A stretch of DNA of 63,780 nucleotides, counting the filler, from Octopus bimaculoides (taxonomy: Eukaryota), in the NCBI RefSeq assembly GCF_001194135.2. It is 5 parts of 4 records of this genome, joined end to end, with 100 filler letters (N's around TTAATTAATTAA, not from the genome) between each part and the next. Parts side by side here need not be neighbours in the genome. Positions count along the whole stretch, not along the records: positions 11,481 to 28,859 come from NC_068983.1; 4 more parts are not named here. One strand, given 5' to 3'. Below, in pieces: positions 11,775-23,592 of the stretch. The notes beneath the pieces were generated by a model, which did no database searches, had not been told where the DNA came from, and worked only from the letters and a program-made list of their open reading frames with translations. Numbering within the stretch: position 1 is the first letter of the stretch; each line of letters opens with the position of its first letter. A program made the position numbers and the translations under genes.

Positions 11775-11990
11775 TAGTTTCAAATTTTGGCACAAGGTCA
11801 ACAATTTCGAGGGACGGTTTTCAAGTCGATTACATCGACCTCGTTGTTCAACTGGTACTTATTTTTATCGACACCTAAAGGATGAAAAGCAAAGCCGATC
11901 TCGGCAGAATTTGAACTCAGAACGTAAAAACGGACGAAATGCTACGATGCATTTTGCCGGATGCTAACGGTTCTGCCAGATCGCCGCCTT
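11775..11990 (-). mobile_element. SINE family B copy
   Basis: Reverse complement of AAGGCGGCGATCTGGCAGAACCGTTAGC...CTGAGTTCAAATTCTGCCGAG... Confidence 0.85.
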
Positions 11991-12004
11991 AAAGATAGCT
12001 AATG

Positions 12005-12228
12005 CATTCTTTTCTACTCTAGGCACAAGGCCCGAAATTGTTTGGGAGGGACCTAGTCGATTAGATCGACCCCAGTACGCGACTGGTACTTAATTTATCG
12101 ACACCGAAACGATGAAAGGCAAAGTCGACCTCAGCTGAATTTGAACTCAGAACAACGTTAAAGACAGATGAAATACCGCTAAGCATTTCGTCCGGCGTGC
12201 TAACGTTTCTGCCAGCTCGCTGCCTTAA
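12005..12228 (-). mobile_element. SINE family B copy, tandem with 11775-11990
   Basis: Reverse complement of AAGGCAGCGAGCTGGCAGAAACGTTAGCACGCCGG... Confidence 0.85.
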
Positions 12229-13507
12229 ATAACTAATTTATTAACGAACAGACATAATCACAGACGTCCCGTACTTGACTCTCATTATGTGTCTACGTAT
12301 TTTTCATTCGTTGGTGATGTCCTGTTCTTATAGTATATTTTTTGGTAATTTGTCCTGTACTTATCGCTCGTGTGTCTACGTATTTCTCACGCGTTGGTGA
12401 GATCCTGTACTTGATGTATTTTATGTTTAACTATTTATAACCGAACGCCACGCAGCCTTATCCACAGTAAGTTTTTACTTTTACATACATACATACATAC
12501 ATACATCAGATTTTGGAAGTGAAGAATGAGCGAAAACTAAAGGGGGGGAGAGTGGTGTGTATGTATGTGAGTGAAAGAAAGAAAGGAAGAAAGAAGTTTA
12601 TCATTTAAATACATATGAGCATGTCTACATATGCAACTATATGCATGAGAATATATACATACATACAAAAATACCCTGCTGTTGATGTTGAAATTCCAAT
12701 GAAGAAGCCTTGGATCTAGGTTAGAAACCGGTTCTTTCTCTATTGGCAAGAAATCTTGAAATGAACTGAATAATGACATGCATGCATGCATACATACAAA
12801 CAGACAGACAAAGAGACACTCAAAACCTTTTTTTTTGAAAGGTAAATTCGATGTGGCCTCTCAAGACAGATTTTGGGAGTGAAGAATGAGCGAATACGAA
12901 AGAGAAAGAGAGAACGGTGAGTATGTGTGGCTGAAAAAAAAAAGAAAGAAAGGAAGAGGAAGAAGAAGAAGAAGAAGAAGAAGAAGAAGAAGAAGAAGAA
13001 GAAGAAGAAGAAGAAGAAGAAGAAGACGATTAATTCCTATTGAGTCATAAATAAGTTATTTTGGGGGGATCAGAACAAACTTAATCTTCCTTTTCCGTTG
13101 CTCTCTCTCCCTCTCTCCCCCTCTTTCTCTCTCTCTCACACACTCACATACACACTTTCTCTCTCTCTTCCTCTACCCTTTTTCCGTACATACACATACA
13201 CGGAGTCACTCACAACAAAATCATGCAAATACACTCACACATACATACACACACATGCACAAAGGCACGCAAGCATACGCCAAGACCTCTTCTCTATCGT
13301 ACACAGACTCACACACATACACACATATCTTGATAATAATTGTTATCTTAAATCATACTTTTCTTGTTAAGAAAGGAAACCTCATACACACTAAGCCATA
13401 CCAACAGATCCAACAACTAGAACAACAACCACTACAACAACAAATGCACATTATACAATGTGATCTATTATCTGATATATCATCGGTAGTGGTTTGGGAA
13501 CTAGTGT

Positions 13508-13538
<31 letters not shown>

Positions 13539-14068
13539 GCGTCCGTGCGTGTGCGTCCGTGCGTGTGCGTGCGTACGTGTGTGTCGGTGTGTACTGTTCT
13601 TGTATACTGTGTGTATTGTGTTTTATATGTTATTGCTCTCCTTTTGACATCATAGCCGTAAAAAAAATACCTACCTATAAGCATACATAATACACAAACG
13701 CATGCCTATATGTGTACATACATATGTACATATTTACTCACACACACACACACTGTACACACACTGTACACACACTGTACACACACTGTACACACACACA
13801 CACACTCACTCACTCACGCACACACGCACACATACGCACGCACACACACACACATACATACATACATACACACATACACACATACATACATACATGCTTA
13901 CATACATACATACACACACACATACATACATACATGCATACATACATACAGATTTAAAGGGACGATGGTTAAAACAAGATTTTTTCACAACCTAGGTGAC
14001 CGGTTAAAATTTGCATTAAATTAAAAAGAGAAAGAGAACATACATACATACATACATACATACATACA

Positions 14069-14099
<31 letters not shown>

Positions 14100-14369
14100 T
14101 CCAGAAGGTTGACATGTTCAAAAAGAAGCTATGTCCTGCCACATAGAATGAAGCACTCGAGAATAAATCTGAGAGTGGATAAAAGTTCCTGAACTATAGG
14201 CGAAACAGAACATATTTTGTCGGACTAACAGTTATGGACTAAATATATTTACAGTCATAAATACTGCATGTTTGCATTCATCCATAGTGCCGATCAGCTC
14301 GTTATTGAATTTATCCACCGTTTTCTGTTCCTTTCTTTTCCTGTAGAATGTAATGCTTCTCTGTCTTAG

Positions 14370-14457
14370 GCCCTCAGTATGATGAAGACACACACCATTT
14401 TAACAAGACCAGCACTCCATCTTCTAAACGCCGGCGGCACTTCAACGAAATTTTGAG
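14370..14457 (+). other. Weak candidate coding exon
   Basis: AG acceptor (CTGTCTTAG), open frame PQYDEDTHHFNKTSTPSSKRRRHFNEIL, GT at 14458 (GTATAC, weak); non-repetitive and CpG-containing. No family recognised. Confidence 0.25.
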
Positions 14458-14631
14458 GTATACTGTCAGTCGGAGAATCTCAAGTCACGTGCAAGGAAAC
14501 TACGGAACTGGCGGTATTTCAATGTCGCAAAGGTCCGCCATCTAGATGTGGTGTGAATTTATATTGACGAAAGCTTTCAGTCTCTCTTATACATACTCAC
14601 TACAAACGTACATACAACATACATACGTACA

Positions 14632-14665
<34 letters not shown>

Positions 14666-17080
14666 CATGCATACATGCATACATACATACATACATACAT
14701 ACATACATACATACATACATACATTCATACATACATGCATACATACTAATTACATTCATAAATATTCCAGTCGAATCTAATCCTTCTCTGTACTGCTGTT
14801 GTTTAGTCTCAGATCTGTGCTGATCAAGGGAGTTCCAGCGGTGACACATCAATAATTTATTCAGATTTAATTTGGTACATTTTAGACCATATTTCTCCAA
14901 CGTATCATTCCTATTTCAACGCAGTAATGTTATCTAGAAGTAGGAGAGTATTGTAGTTCGCTTGAAGCATTGTGTAGTAGAGACTCCAGCTAAGACGATC
15001 TGAAGAAGGAATTGTAATTCCGAAATATCATCGGACTATAGATAACCAAATTACAACAGGTATATAGTTCATTTTTTGTTCTATAGTGCATTGTTGTATC
15101 ATTCTAAAACTTTTTATTCTTTATCTAGAAGTGATTTATGGACTATTTCTAGCGGGTCGGATGACCACCTCGAGGTCTCCTTGAATAATCATTGGTACAC
15201 CATATTTCTGAATGACTGATCTAGAAGATTTATATGGAGTGTCTAGCAAAGAAAGTGACCAGCTAATATACACTTTGTAAATACATTCCGTAGGCAGAAT
15301 AATAAAAATATGAAAGATCTTTTTTAAAGATCAACTCGAAGCTCTTCATCATTGTTGTTATTTAAATGACAGCCAAGCATCTTTGTTTCCTTCTCAGAAA
15401 CCAGGAAGAATTCAGATAAAAGATAGCATGCGCGCGTACACACGCACACTATCTCTCTCTCTCTGTTTCTCTCTCACACACACGTGCTATTGTTATCGTT
15501 GTTGCCTCTCACTCTCTTTCTCTTTCTTTTTCTCTCTCTTCAGGCCTGAAATACTCCAAACAGACGCATTGCATGTTGCTTAGTCGAATTAGCCCATCAT
15601 TTACTCCAGAAATGTTTTGTTGTCAGTGCTGCACCTTCCTATATCACCTGTTTCAACATAACTGTGATATATTATATACAAACTATGCCATTTTAATCCC
15701 GAGCAACAACAAAAAATACACAACTATTGAATTCATCCATGAAAATCCACAATCACATAGAAAAATTTAATAAATAAATAAACTAAAAAGACCTATAATA
15801 AAAATCAAAAAAGTACAAAGTAATAATATTAAAATAGTAAAAATGACTACACGTGTTTCGTAACCATAATTTCAAATAGAAAATAAAATAAAAATCAAAT
15901 CGATTCAAAATAAATCGATCGAAAATCAATTCTATTCAAAACTATTGCAAATCTTCAGGTCAAAATACTATAATAATAATAAAATGAATGTATATATATC
16001 AACCAACAATAAATATCAAATGAATTTATATAAAAATACTTATTTTACCAATAAATAAAAGAAAAACATTTAACAATATTACTGAAAATAAATGCAATAC
16101 TTATCTTATCGAAGCTTTAGTTTAAACTAAAATTTTAAACGTTATACTTTTAACTTAGCGTTTATTAGAAGTAATTCGCGTGAAAATATGGTGTAAAGAA
16201 AAGTAATAGAATAAAGAGATATATAAATATGTATTTAAGTTTTATTTATAAAATCAAAATGTATTTTAGCTTTAATCATAATAAAAATTAACTGTATTAT
16301 AAACATTTACTGGAAATTTTAAAATCTAAATAATTTTAAAGTCTAATAAATTAAAATACGTAAATTATATAATCTACCTGAAAGAAGCTAAAATATTATA
16401 AATTAATATATTTACATTANNNNNNNNNNNNNNNNNNNNNNNNNNNNNNNNNNNNNNNNNNNNNNNNNNNNNNNNNNNNNNNNNNNNNNNNNNNNNNNNN
16501 NNNNNNNNNNNNNNNNNNNNNNNNNNNNNNNNNNNNNNNNNNNNNNNNNNNNNNNNNNNNNNNNNNNNNNNNNNNNNNNNNNNNNNNNNNNNNNNNNNNN
16601 NNNNNNNNNNNNNNNNNNNNNNNNNNNNNNNNNNNNNNNNNNNNNNNNNNNNNNNNNNNNNNNNNNNNNNNNNNNNNNNNNNNNNNNNNNNNNNNNNNNN
16701 NNNNNNNNNNNNNNNNNNNNNNNNNNNNNNNNNNNNNNNNNNNNNNNNNNNNNNNNNNNNNNNNNNNNNNNNNNNNNNNNNNNNNNNNNNNNNNNNNNNN
16801 NNNNNNNNNNNNNNNNNNNNNNNNNNNNNNNNNNNNNNNNNNNNNNNNNNNNNNNNNNNNNNNNNNNNNNNNNNNNNNNNNNNNNNNNNNNNNNNNNNNN
16901 NNNNNNNNNNNNNNNNNNNNNNNNNNNNNNNNNNNNNNNNNNNNNNNNNNNNNNNNNNNNNNNNNNNNNNNNNNNNNNNNNNNNNNNNNNNNNNNNNNNN
17001 NNNNNNNNNNNNNNNNNNNNNNNNNNNNNNNNNNNNNNNNNNNNNNNNNNNNNNNNNNNNNNNNNNNNNNNNNNNNNNNN

Positions 17081-17410
17081 AATTACTACCTATACGATAA
17101 GATTTCGCCTTACAAACTATCTCCCAATTTAAAATGTACTTAATATTTTTAGATTTTAGTTCCCAAATATATTTACTAAGGCCAGTAGAATTAATCAAAT
17201 TTCTATTCTTAAAGTAATTCATGTGTTGAGCCACACGTAATTTAATTTTATTCGAAGTCGATCCTATGTAAATCTTATTTAAATTATAACCATTAAATTT
17301 ATTCCTATCCATTAATGTCACTATACATTTATACACCACATCCTTCAAATCACATTTATTATTAAATTTACATTTGGTCTTATCTCTACATGTACAATTA
17401 ATTATATCCT
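17081..17410 (-). pseudogene. Penelope-like element GIY-YIG endonuclease fragment with upstream CxC linker
   Basis: NCTCRDKTKC (frameshift) FNNKCDLKDVVYKCIVT...KIYIGSTSNKIKLRVAQH...STGLSKYIWELK...WEIVCKAKSY; cut by the N gap; (TAA)n at the 5' junction (~17418-17440). Confidence 0.8.
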
Positions 17411-17545
17411 GGTCCTTATTATTATTATTATTATTATTAAAATAAGTATTTGATTTATATTTGTAAAACTTATTTAACTTAAATCTATTAAAAGAAGAAA
17501 TCTATATCTATATCTATATCTATATCTATATCTAAAAAAAATCTT

Positions 17546-17972
17546 AAACTCAGAAACTATAAAGATTTGCTAATCGAAATCGAAAAGATGTGGCATCTCA
17601 AGACGTTTACAATACCAGTGATTGTAGGAGCACTCGGAATGATCAAAAAAGGAACTGAAAATTATTTAAGAAATGACCCCTGGCTTACCATCCATGCAAG
17701 AAGTGCAAAAGATTGTCTTGACTAGTACGTCGCACGTATTGAGAAGAGTATTGCCGCTGTGAATTTTCTCCCCCACCTTTATTTTATTTGTTTACTTTTT
17801 TATTTTTTATTTTTCCTTTTCTCTCAATCTCCCCCTTTTTTTCTATCACAGGACTTTGTAAATTAACAATCTGGTGTGTTTATATTAATGGCCTAGCAAT
17901 GTATACAGTATGTTTCTCTGTCCTAGGTGTCAGGAAAACACTCGTCAAGAAATGGAATCAGAATTGAAATAT
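17546..17972 (+). mobile_element. R4/Dong-clade non-LTR retrotransposon, 5'-truncated 3' end (family R4a)
   Basis: YKDLLIEIEKMWHLKTFTIPVIVGALGMIKK (frameshift) PGLPSMQEVQKIVLTSTSHVLRRVL*, the RLE C-terminus, then 3'UTR and (TAA)n. Confidence 0.8.
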
Positions 17973-17987
17973 ATAATAATAATAATC

Positions 17988-18051
<64 letters not shown>
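17973..18051. repeat. (TAA)n microsatellite between two R4-clade fragments
   Basis: Directly visible. Confidence 0.95.
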
Positions 18052-18052
<1 letters not shown>

Positions 18053-18233
18053 GGAAATTGGAGTGCTCAGTAGAACTGTTACAAAAGGTTTGCCTCCTTG
18101 GCACGGCCAGAATAATCAGGAAAGTATTAGATAGCTGAAAAGAACGAATAGCATGGTACCGTAGGCTGCAGATCGTAAACTCGCTATGCATGCAAGACTC
18201 TGGGAGCTCCAACAAAACCTGATAAAGAGAAAA
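18052..18233 (+). mobile_element. Second R4/Dong-clade 3' fragment (family R4b)
   Basis: Frame from 18052 reads RKLECSVELLQKVCLLGTARIIRKVLDS* (stop 18136-18138); a different 3'UTR ends in (TAA)n at ~18234-18250. Confidence 0.8.
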
Positions 18234-18750
18234 TAAATAATAATAATAATTTCTAGCATAAATTAGACATTTTGGAAGAATGAACAGATTTTCTGTCCTC
18301 AGTACTTGACTTATTCTTAGTCTATCGATTCCAGAAAGATGAAATATCAAGTCGACTTTGGTCAGAAAGCTATAAGACATAATGCGCTTTTTCCGGCGCT
18401 CTGCCCACTCTGTCATTCATTGCTCTCCTAATATGTAAAATAATGACTTAGAACATCGGCAGCAGGGTAAATATTTTGGGTGTATGAACAATTGGTGAAA
18501 CAGACTATTCATACACCCAACTGACTGGCCCAGTCATATATAGCCATAAATAATGAGTCCAAAACATTTCCGAATATGACAACTATCAATTTTTCTAACT
18601 GAAGGAATTTCAGTAAAGTTAACAGCAATTAACTCTAAAACACTGGTGTTCTAGCCATTGAAAAAAAATTGTTTCTAACTCGCAGAACGCTGCATAAACT
18701 GGAATCCTTGATATTGCAGGAAAGATTAAGTTCCTTTTATTTTTTAAATA

Positions 18751-19147
18751 AGCGCAGGAGTGGCTGTGTGGTAAGTAGCTTGCTTACCAACCACATGGTT
18801 CAGGGTTCAGTCCCACTGCGTGGCACCTTGGGCAAGTGTCTTCTACTATAGCCTTGAGCCAACCAAAGCCTTGTGAGTGGATTTGGTAGATGGAAACTGA
18901 AAGAAGCCCGTCGTATAAATGTATATATATATGTATATATATGTGTGTGTCTGTGTTTGTCCCCCCACCATCGCTTGACAACCGATGCTGGTGTGTTTAC
19001 GTCCCAGTAACTTAGCGGTTCGGCAAAAAGAGACCGAAAGAATAAGTACTAGGCTTACAAAGAATAAGTCCTGGGGTCGATTTTCTCGACTAAAGGCAGT
19101 GCTCCAGCATGGCCGCAGTCAAATGACTGAAACAAGTAAAAGAGTAA
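18751..19147 (+). mobile_element. tRNA-derived SINE family A, full length, CORE-like segment
   Basis: Head GCGCAGGAGTGGCTGTGTGGTAAG...GGTTCAGTCCC; CCTTGGGCAAGTGTCTT segment; internal TA/TG microsatellite; tail ...CTCCAGCATGGCCGCAGTC...GAAACAAGTAAAAGA. Confidence 0.85.
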
Positions 19148-20434
19148 GCATTCTTTAAAAAAAAACACTTTCTTGTTGTTTAGTCCTAGACTATCCTTGA
19201 TAGGGCAGTCCTTTCATCAAAGGCGTGCCTGCTATGACTATTACCACCCTCGTCTTTTTCTTCACTTTTCTTTCTACCGATTGCCAGTTTCCTGTTAATA
19301 CACATAAAAAATTTACAACACAAATTATTCCATTGAAATAATTATTCCATTGAAACAATTGAAAAATTTCTATATACATTCTCCATGACATTTCTACAAC
19401 ATAAATTATCTAATTAGTTTATCAATGTACACTTTCAAAAATACATTCATATAGACTTAACCTCAATGTTACAAATGGGTATCTAAAATTTTCCATGTAT
19501 AGTTTTGTATTTAACCTATATCTTCAAACCATAAGCTGTAGAAATATTATTACCTTATTTTACCATCAAAATTCGTTGAGATCCACATTTCTAACGGTAT
19601 TTAGGAAATAAAACGGAAGAATTTCCAACCAGTTATAGTCATTTCATATCTATCAACTCAGCTTTGTAATTTCCTAAAAATATATCACGAGAAATTTTTC
19701 AATAGTAAGATGTTTTATTTATTTAAATTGACTTATTTATTTGTTTCATCGTTTGTATCTTTATTTTTTTTTTTTTATCTCGGTAAAAAAAAAATTCGTG
19801 TTTCCCAGTTGTGTGCTAAATCTAGCCACAGTTATTCTAGCCAATATTTTATTCTCGCCCGTGTGACGTAAACCCCTAAACAATACCCAGTTTGCTCTTT
19901 ATTGAAACTGGTTTTACTGGTTTATTGTATTGTGATTTCTTGACTTTGGAAAATATTTAGCTGCTAATTTATTCAGTCATCAATCAATAGGAAATATATA
20001 CTACTGAATGTACGCCTATCTTCACGTTGTTTAGGTGAGTCGTGTAGAGTAAAACTTTGATCAAAGGCATTTTTATAACTTGATTAGGAGGTAGATAGTG
20101 CTCTTGAGTCTTTCTAGGGCTTGCAAGAGTAGTGGGAGGAGGAAGGAAGTTATCCTCAATAATTCGAATGCTTTCAACAAATCGACTTTTCTAAAGGCAC
20201 ACAAGACCCATGTGGTTGTATTAAACCGGTGATCGGATTATTGCAGCCATGACTGTTCTAACTTTTTTGCAGAGGTTCTCAGTCTTGGCGGTACCATCCC
20301 TAAGGGGGTACTTGGCATGTCGAAGAGGCGATGGTCATATCGAAAGGGGTGTTAATTTTTTGTGGTGGTGAGGGGCGCAGTGAGATAACATCTAACATAT
20401 TAAATTTTATCTTTAGTAGTAATTATCAGGAAAT

Positions 20435-21520
20435 CCCATAAGTTCTGTCCGAATTTTGAATAAAGAAAACAAGTGATCAAATGTTATAATTGAAATTTAA
20501 TCATCAATGTACTTTCCCTGATTATCCATGACTTCCTTCCATCTATTTACGAGCTTTTTAATTCTATCAATGTAAAATTCTTTTGGTTTCAAAGCGAAGA
20601 ACGCTGAAATGTCAGTTTCGACCTCCTTCTCGCTTCCGAAAGTTATGTCCCCCAGATGATTCTGTAAACAACGAGACAAATGGTAGTCTGAAGAAGCAAG
20701 CTCGGGAGAATAAGGAGGATGAGGAATTTTTTTCTCAACCAAGCTCTTCAATCTTCTGTGATGTGATCATTGCAGTGTGGGGTCACGCATTGGCCTGATG
20801 AAACATAACTAGTTTTCGATTCACTTAAGCGAGTCTTTCTTTCTTCAAAGCTTGGTTCAAACGCTCTAATTGCTGACAGTAGACTTGAGCATTGATTGTT
20901 GCATTAGGTGGTAACAATTCAAAGTGAATTACTCCTTTGCAATCCCACTAGATAGAGAGAAGAACCTTTTTTCCATGAAGTTCCCTTCTCGGTTGTGGTT
21001 GAGCTTTTTTTCCTTTTACCAAACCACTGTTTACGACGTTTAACATTTTCGGTAGAAGATCCATTTTTCGTCACCAGTCATAAGTCTATCCAAAAATGGT
21101 GAAATGAGTTCGCGAGAATGGAGAGAAGAGCAGATTTCAACTGGGGATTTGCAGTTGCTTCTGGACAATTCATGAGGCACCCATTTTCCAAGTTTAGGAA
21201 ACTTTCCAAGTTGTTGAAGATGACGATGAACAGTTGTATGGTTTGAGCTAAGCATTGTTGCCAATTCTTCAACTGATAATGCAGGATTTTCTTCAAGGAG
21301 CTTATCATCAAACTCAACTGGACGTCCTGTTCGATCTTCATCTTCAAGGCTGAAATCTTCACTTCTGAATTTTGCAAGCCATCTTCAGCAATTTCTTTCA
21401 TTCAAGCATTCTTTCCCATAAACTGAGTGTATGTTTCGAGTTGCTTCGGCTGCAGAGTTTCCTTTTTGTACTCATAAAGCATTGTATTTCTCAAATGCTC
21501 TTTTAACCTTAATGTTTCTG
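20435..21520 (-). pseudogene. Degenerate mariner transposon (cecropia/Hsmar1-like)
   Basis: YEYKKGNSAAEA, GKWVPHELS, DRLMTGDEKWIFY, HPPYSPELASSDYHL and GIKKL-like VNRWKEVMDNQGKY segments; one TIR-like CCCATAAGTTCTGTCCGA at ~20437. Confidence 0.9.
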
Positions 21521-22084
21521 AGGACAAATACTGCAGTAACTTGCCAGTCGATAACGTGTATACATTCATTAATACATATAGATGGTTATTTGATATACTG
21601 TATAATTACGTATACTGGATTTTAAACCAATATTGTTTTAATTGGGGTTATTTTTAATTGAGTTTGTGGATAAAAAAGCAAAGTCCTGGTAAATCGATGT
21701 TCTCAAAAAAGGTCCTCGATGCGATGAGGTGGGGGTGGGAGAGAAACATATCAATGTCGGATTGAAACAGACATACATACGTAATTTTGGTTCACTAGGA
21801 ACTTACTTCGTACTCTAATTAAGTGATAGAATATTGAGAGTATTAATAAGTGATTTACATATTCTGAGAGTATCAAAAAGCACTCACGTACTCTGAGTAT
21901 GAAAATTAGTCTCAACAATTTATACAATTCTTAACATTGTTTTTATAGTTCATGTGTTATGGAGAAAACTGAGTTTTGTCGTTTCGTGTTGGACTCTTAT
22001 TCTGACGCTGAACGTCACTGAATTTCTCAGATTCGAGATTTTTAAGGGTTTTTTTGTTTTTTGTTTTTTGGTTTTTTTCAATGG

Positions 22085-22565
22085 TGGGCATCTACAGCCT
22101 TAACAAAAGGCCGCTGAATGATCATCCAACGAAACTACAGTTTTAACGAGTCAACAAGGGACTTCTACACGGCGGCTCTACCAATTAGAAATAACAGCCA
22201 ATCTCTGTGTACCATCTTCAAAAAAATGAGAACACTGGGTAATGTTGTACTACTTTAAATAAGCCTAATTAAAAGGCGAAATGGCCTGGGCGAAATGGCC
22301 AGGGCGAAATGGCCAGGGCGAAATGGCCAGGGCGAAATGGTTGGGGCAAAATGGCCAGAGCGAAATGGTTGGGGCAAAATGGTCATGGCTAGAACGTTTG
22401 TGATCATAAGGTTGTCCAATAGAGCCGGCCTGAGGTTAAACAACAACATCTTCGGTTTATATTGCATCACATTAGACAAGGTTGTTCTAGATATACAAAA
22501 AGGGGGGGGGGATACGTCACGTGCTCAATCAAAATCGACCTTGGGCTAAACAGCAACAACAACAA
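22085..22565 (+). mobile_element. Family D element ending in (CAA)n, with internal minisatellite
   Basis: TAGAAATAACAGCCAATCTC module, then ATGGTCATGGCT...GGTTAAACAACAAC tail and a second tail ending GGGCTAAACAGCAACAAC. Confidence 0.55.
22273..22385. repeat. 14-bp GC-rich minisatellite, 8 copies of GGGC(G/A)AAATGG(CC/TT)(A/G)
   Basis: Units read directly from the sequence. Confidence 0.9.
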
Positions 22566-23041
22566 CAATAATTGCCTTTTAGCAATTATTCAAGCATTCT
22601 ATCATTCTAACAACTCATCGCTCGTTTTCATTTTAATGCTAAAANNNNNNNNNNNNNNNNNNNNNNNNNNNNNNNNNNNNNNNNNNNNNNNNNNNNNNNN
22701 NNNNNNNNNNNNNNNNNNNNNNNNNNNNNNNNNNNNNNNNNNNNNNNNNNNNNNNNNNNNNNNNNNNNNNNNNNNNNNNNNNNNNNNNNNNNNNNNNNNN
22801 NNNNNNNNNNNNNNNNNNNNNNNNNNNNNNNNNNNNNNNNNNNNNNNNNNNNNNNNNNNNNNNNNNNNNNNNNNNNNNNNNNNNNNNNNNNNNNNNNNNN
22901 NNNNNNNNNNNNNNNNNNNNNNNNNNNNNNNNNNNNNNNNNNNNNNNNNNNNNNNNNNNNNNNNNNNNNNNNNNNNNNNNNNNNNNNNNNNNNNNNNNNN
23001 NNNNNNNNNNNNNNNNNNNNNNNNNNNNNNNNNNNNNNNNN

Positions 23042-23115
<74 letters not shown>

Positions 23116-23437
23116 AGTGTTTGAGAGAGAGAGAGAGTGTGTGTGTGTGTAGAGCATATATACATTGATATGCGTATATTTCTTGTACGCGCTGTGGATG
23201 TGTACGTCTTCTTATGTATGTATGTACATATCAGTATATATATACATGGAGGCGAACATTCGTGCATGATTCTGTTTCTTTGTTGCTTTTTCTTTTCTTT
23301 TTCTTTCTGTTTGTGCGTGTGGGGGAGAAAAGTTTTCGTGTTTATTTTGTGTATATGAATATATGTGGGTGCGTGCACATGAGTGTATGCACATGAATGT
23401 GTACGCATATACATCTGTTTCCATGTGTGTATGTATA

Positions 23438-23498
<61 letters not shown>

Positions 23499-23556
23499 GT
23501 GTGTATACGAGTGTTATTCATTTCAAAAGAAACTCCAACACATTTTATACGCTTGT

Positions 23557-23592
<36 letters not shown>

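Noticed and set aside
15760-16420. Mitochondrial insertion as the explanation for the AT-rich block
   Set aside because: I could not recognise any mitochondrial gene, tRNA or rRNA motif; adjacency to the PLE nuclease is the simpler link.
20275-20400. hAT/Charlie-like terminus CAGAGGTTCTCAG (also CAGTGGTTCTCAGCC at ~63329)
   Set aside because: Only one end is visible, with no matching TIR or 8-bp TSD.
7474-22385. CRISPR-like reading of the 45-46 bp and 14-bp arrays and of SINE/spacer alternations
   Set aside because: There are no constant repeats with unique spacers and no cas genes, and the context is eukaryotic.
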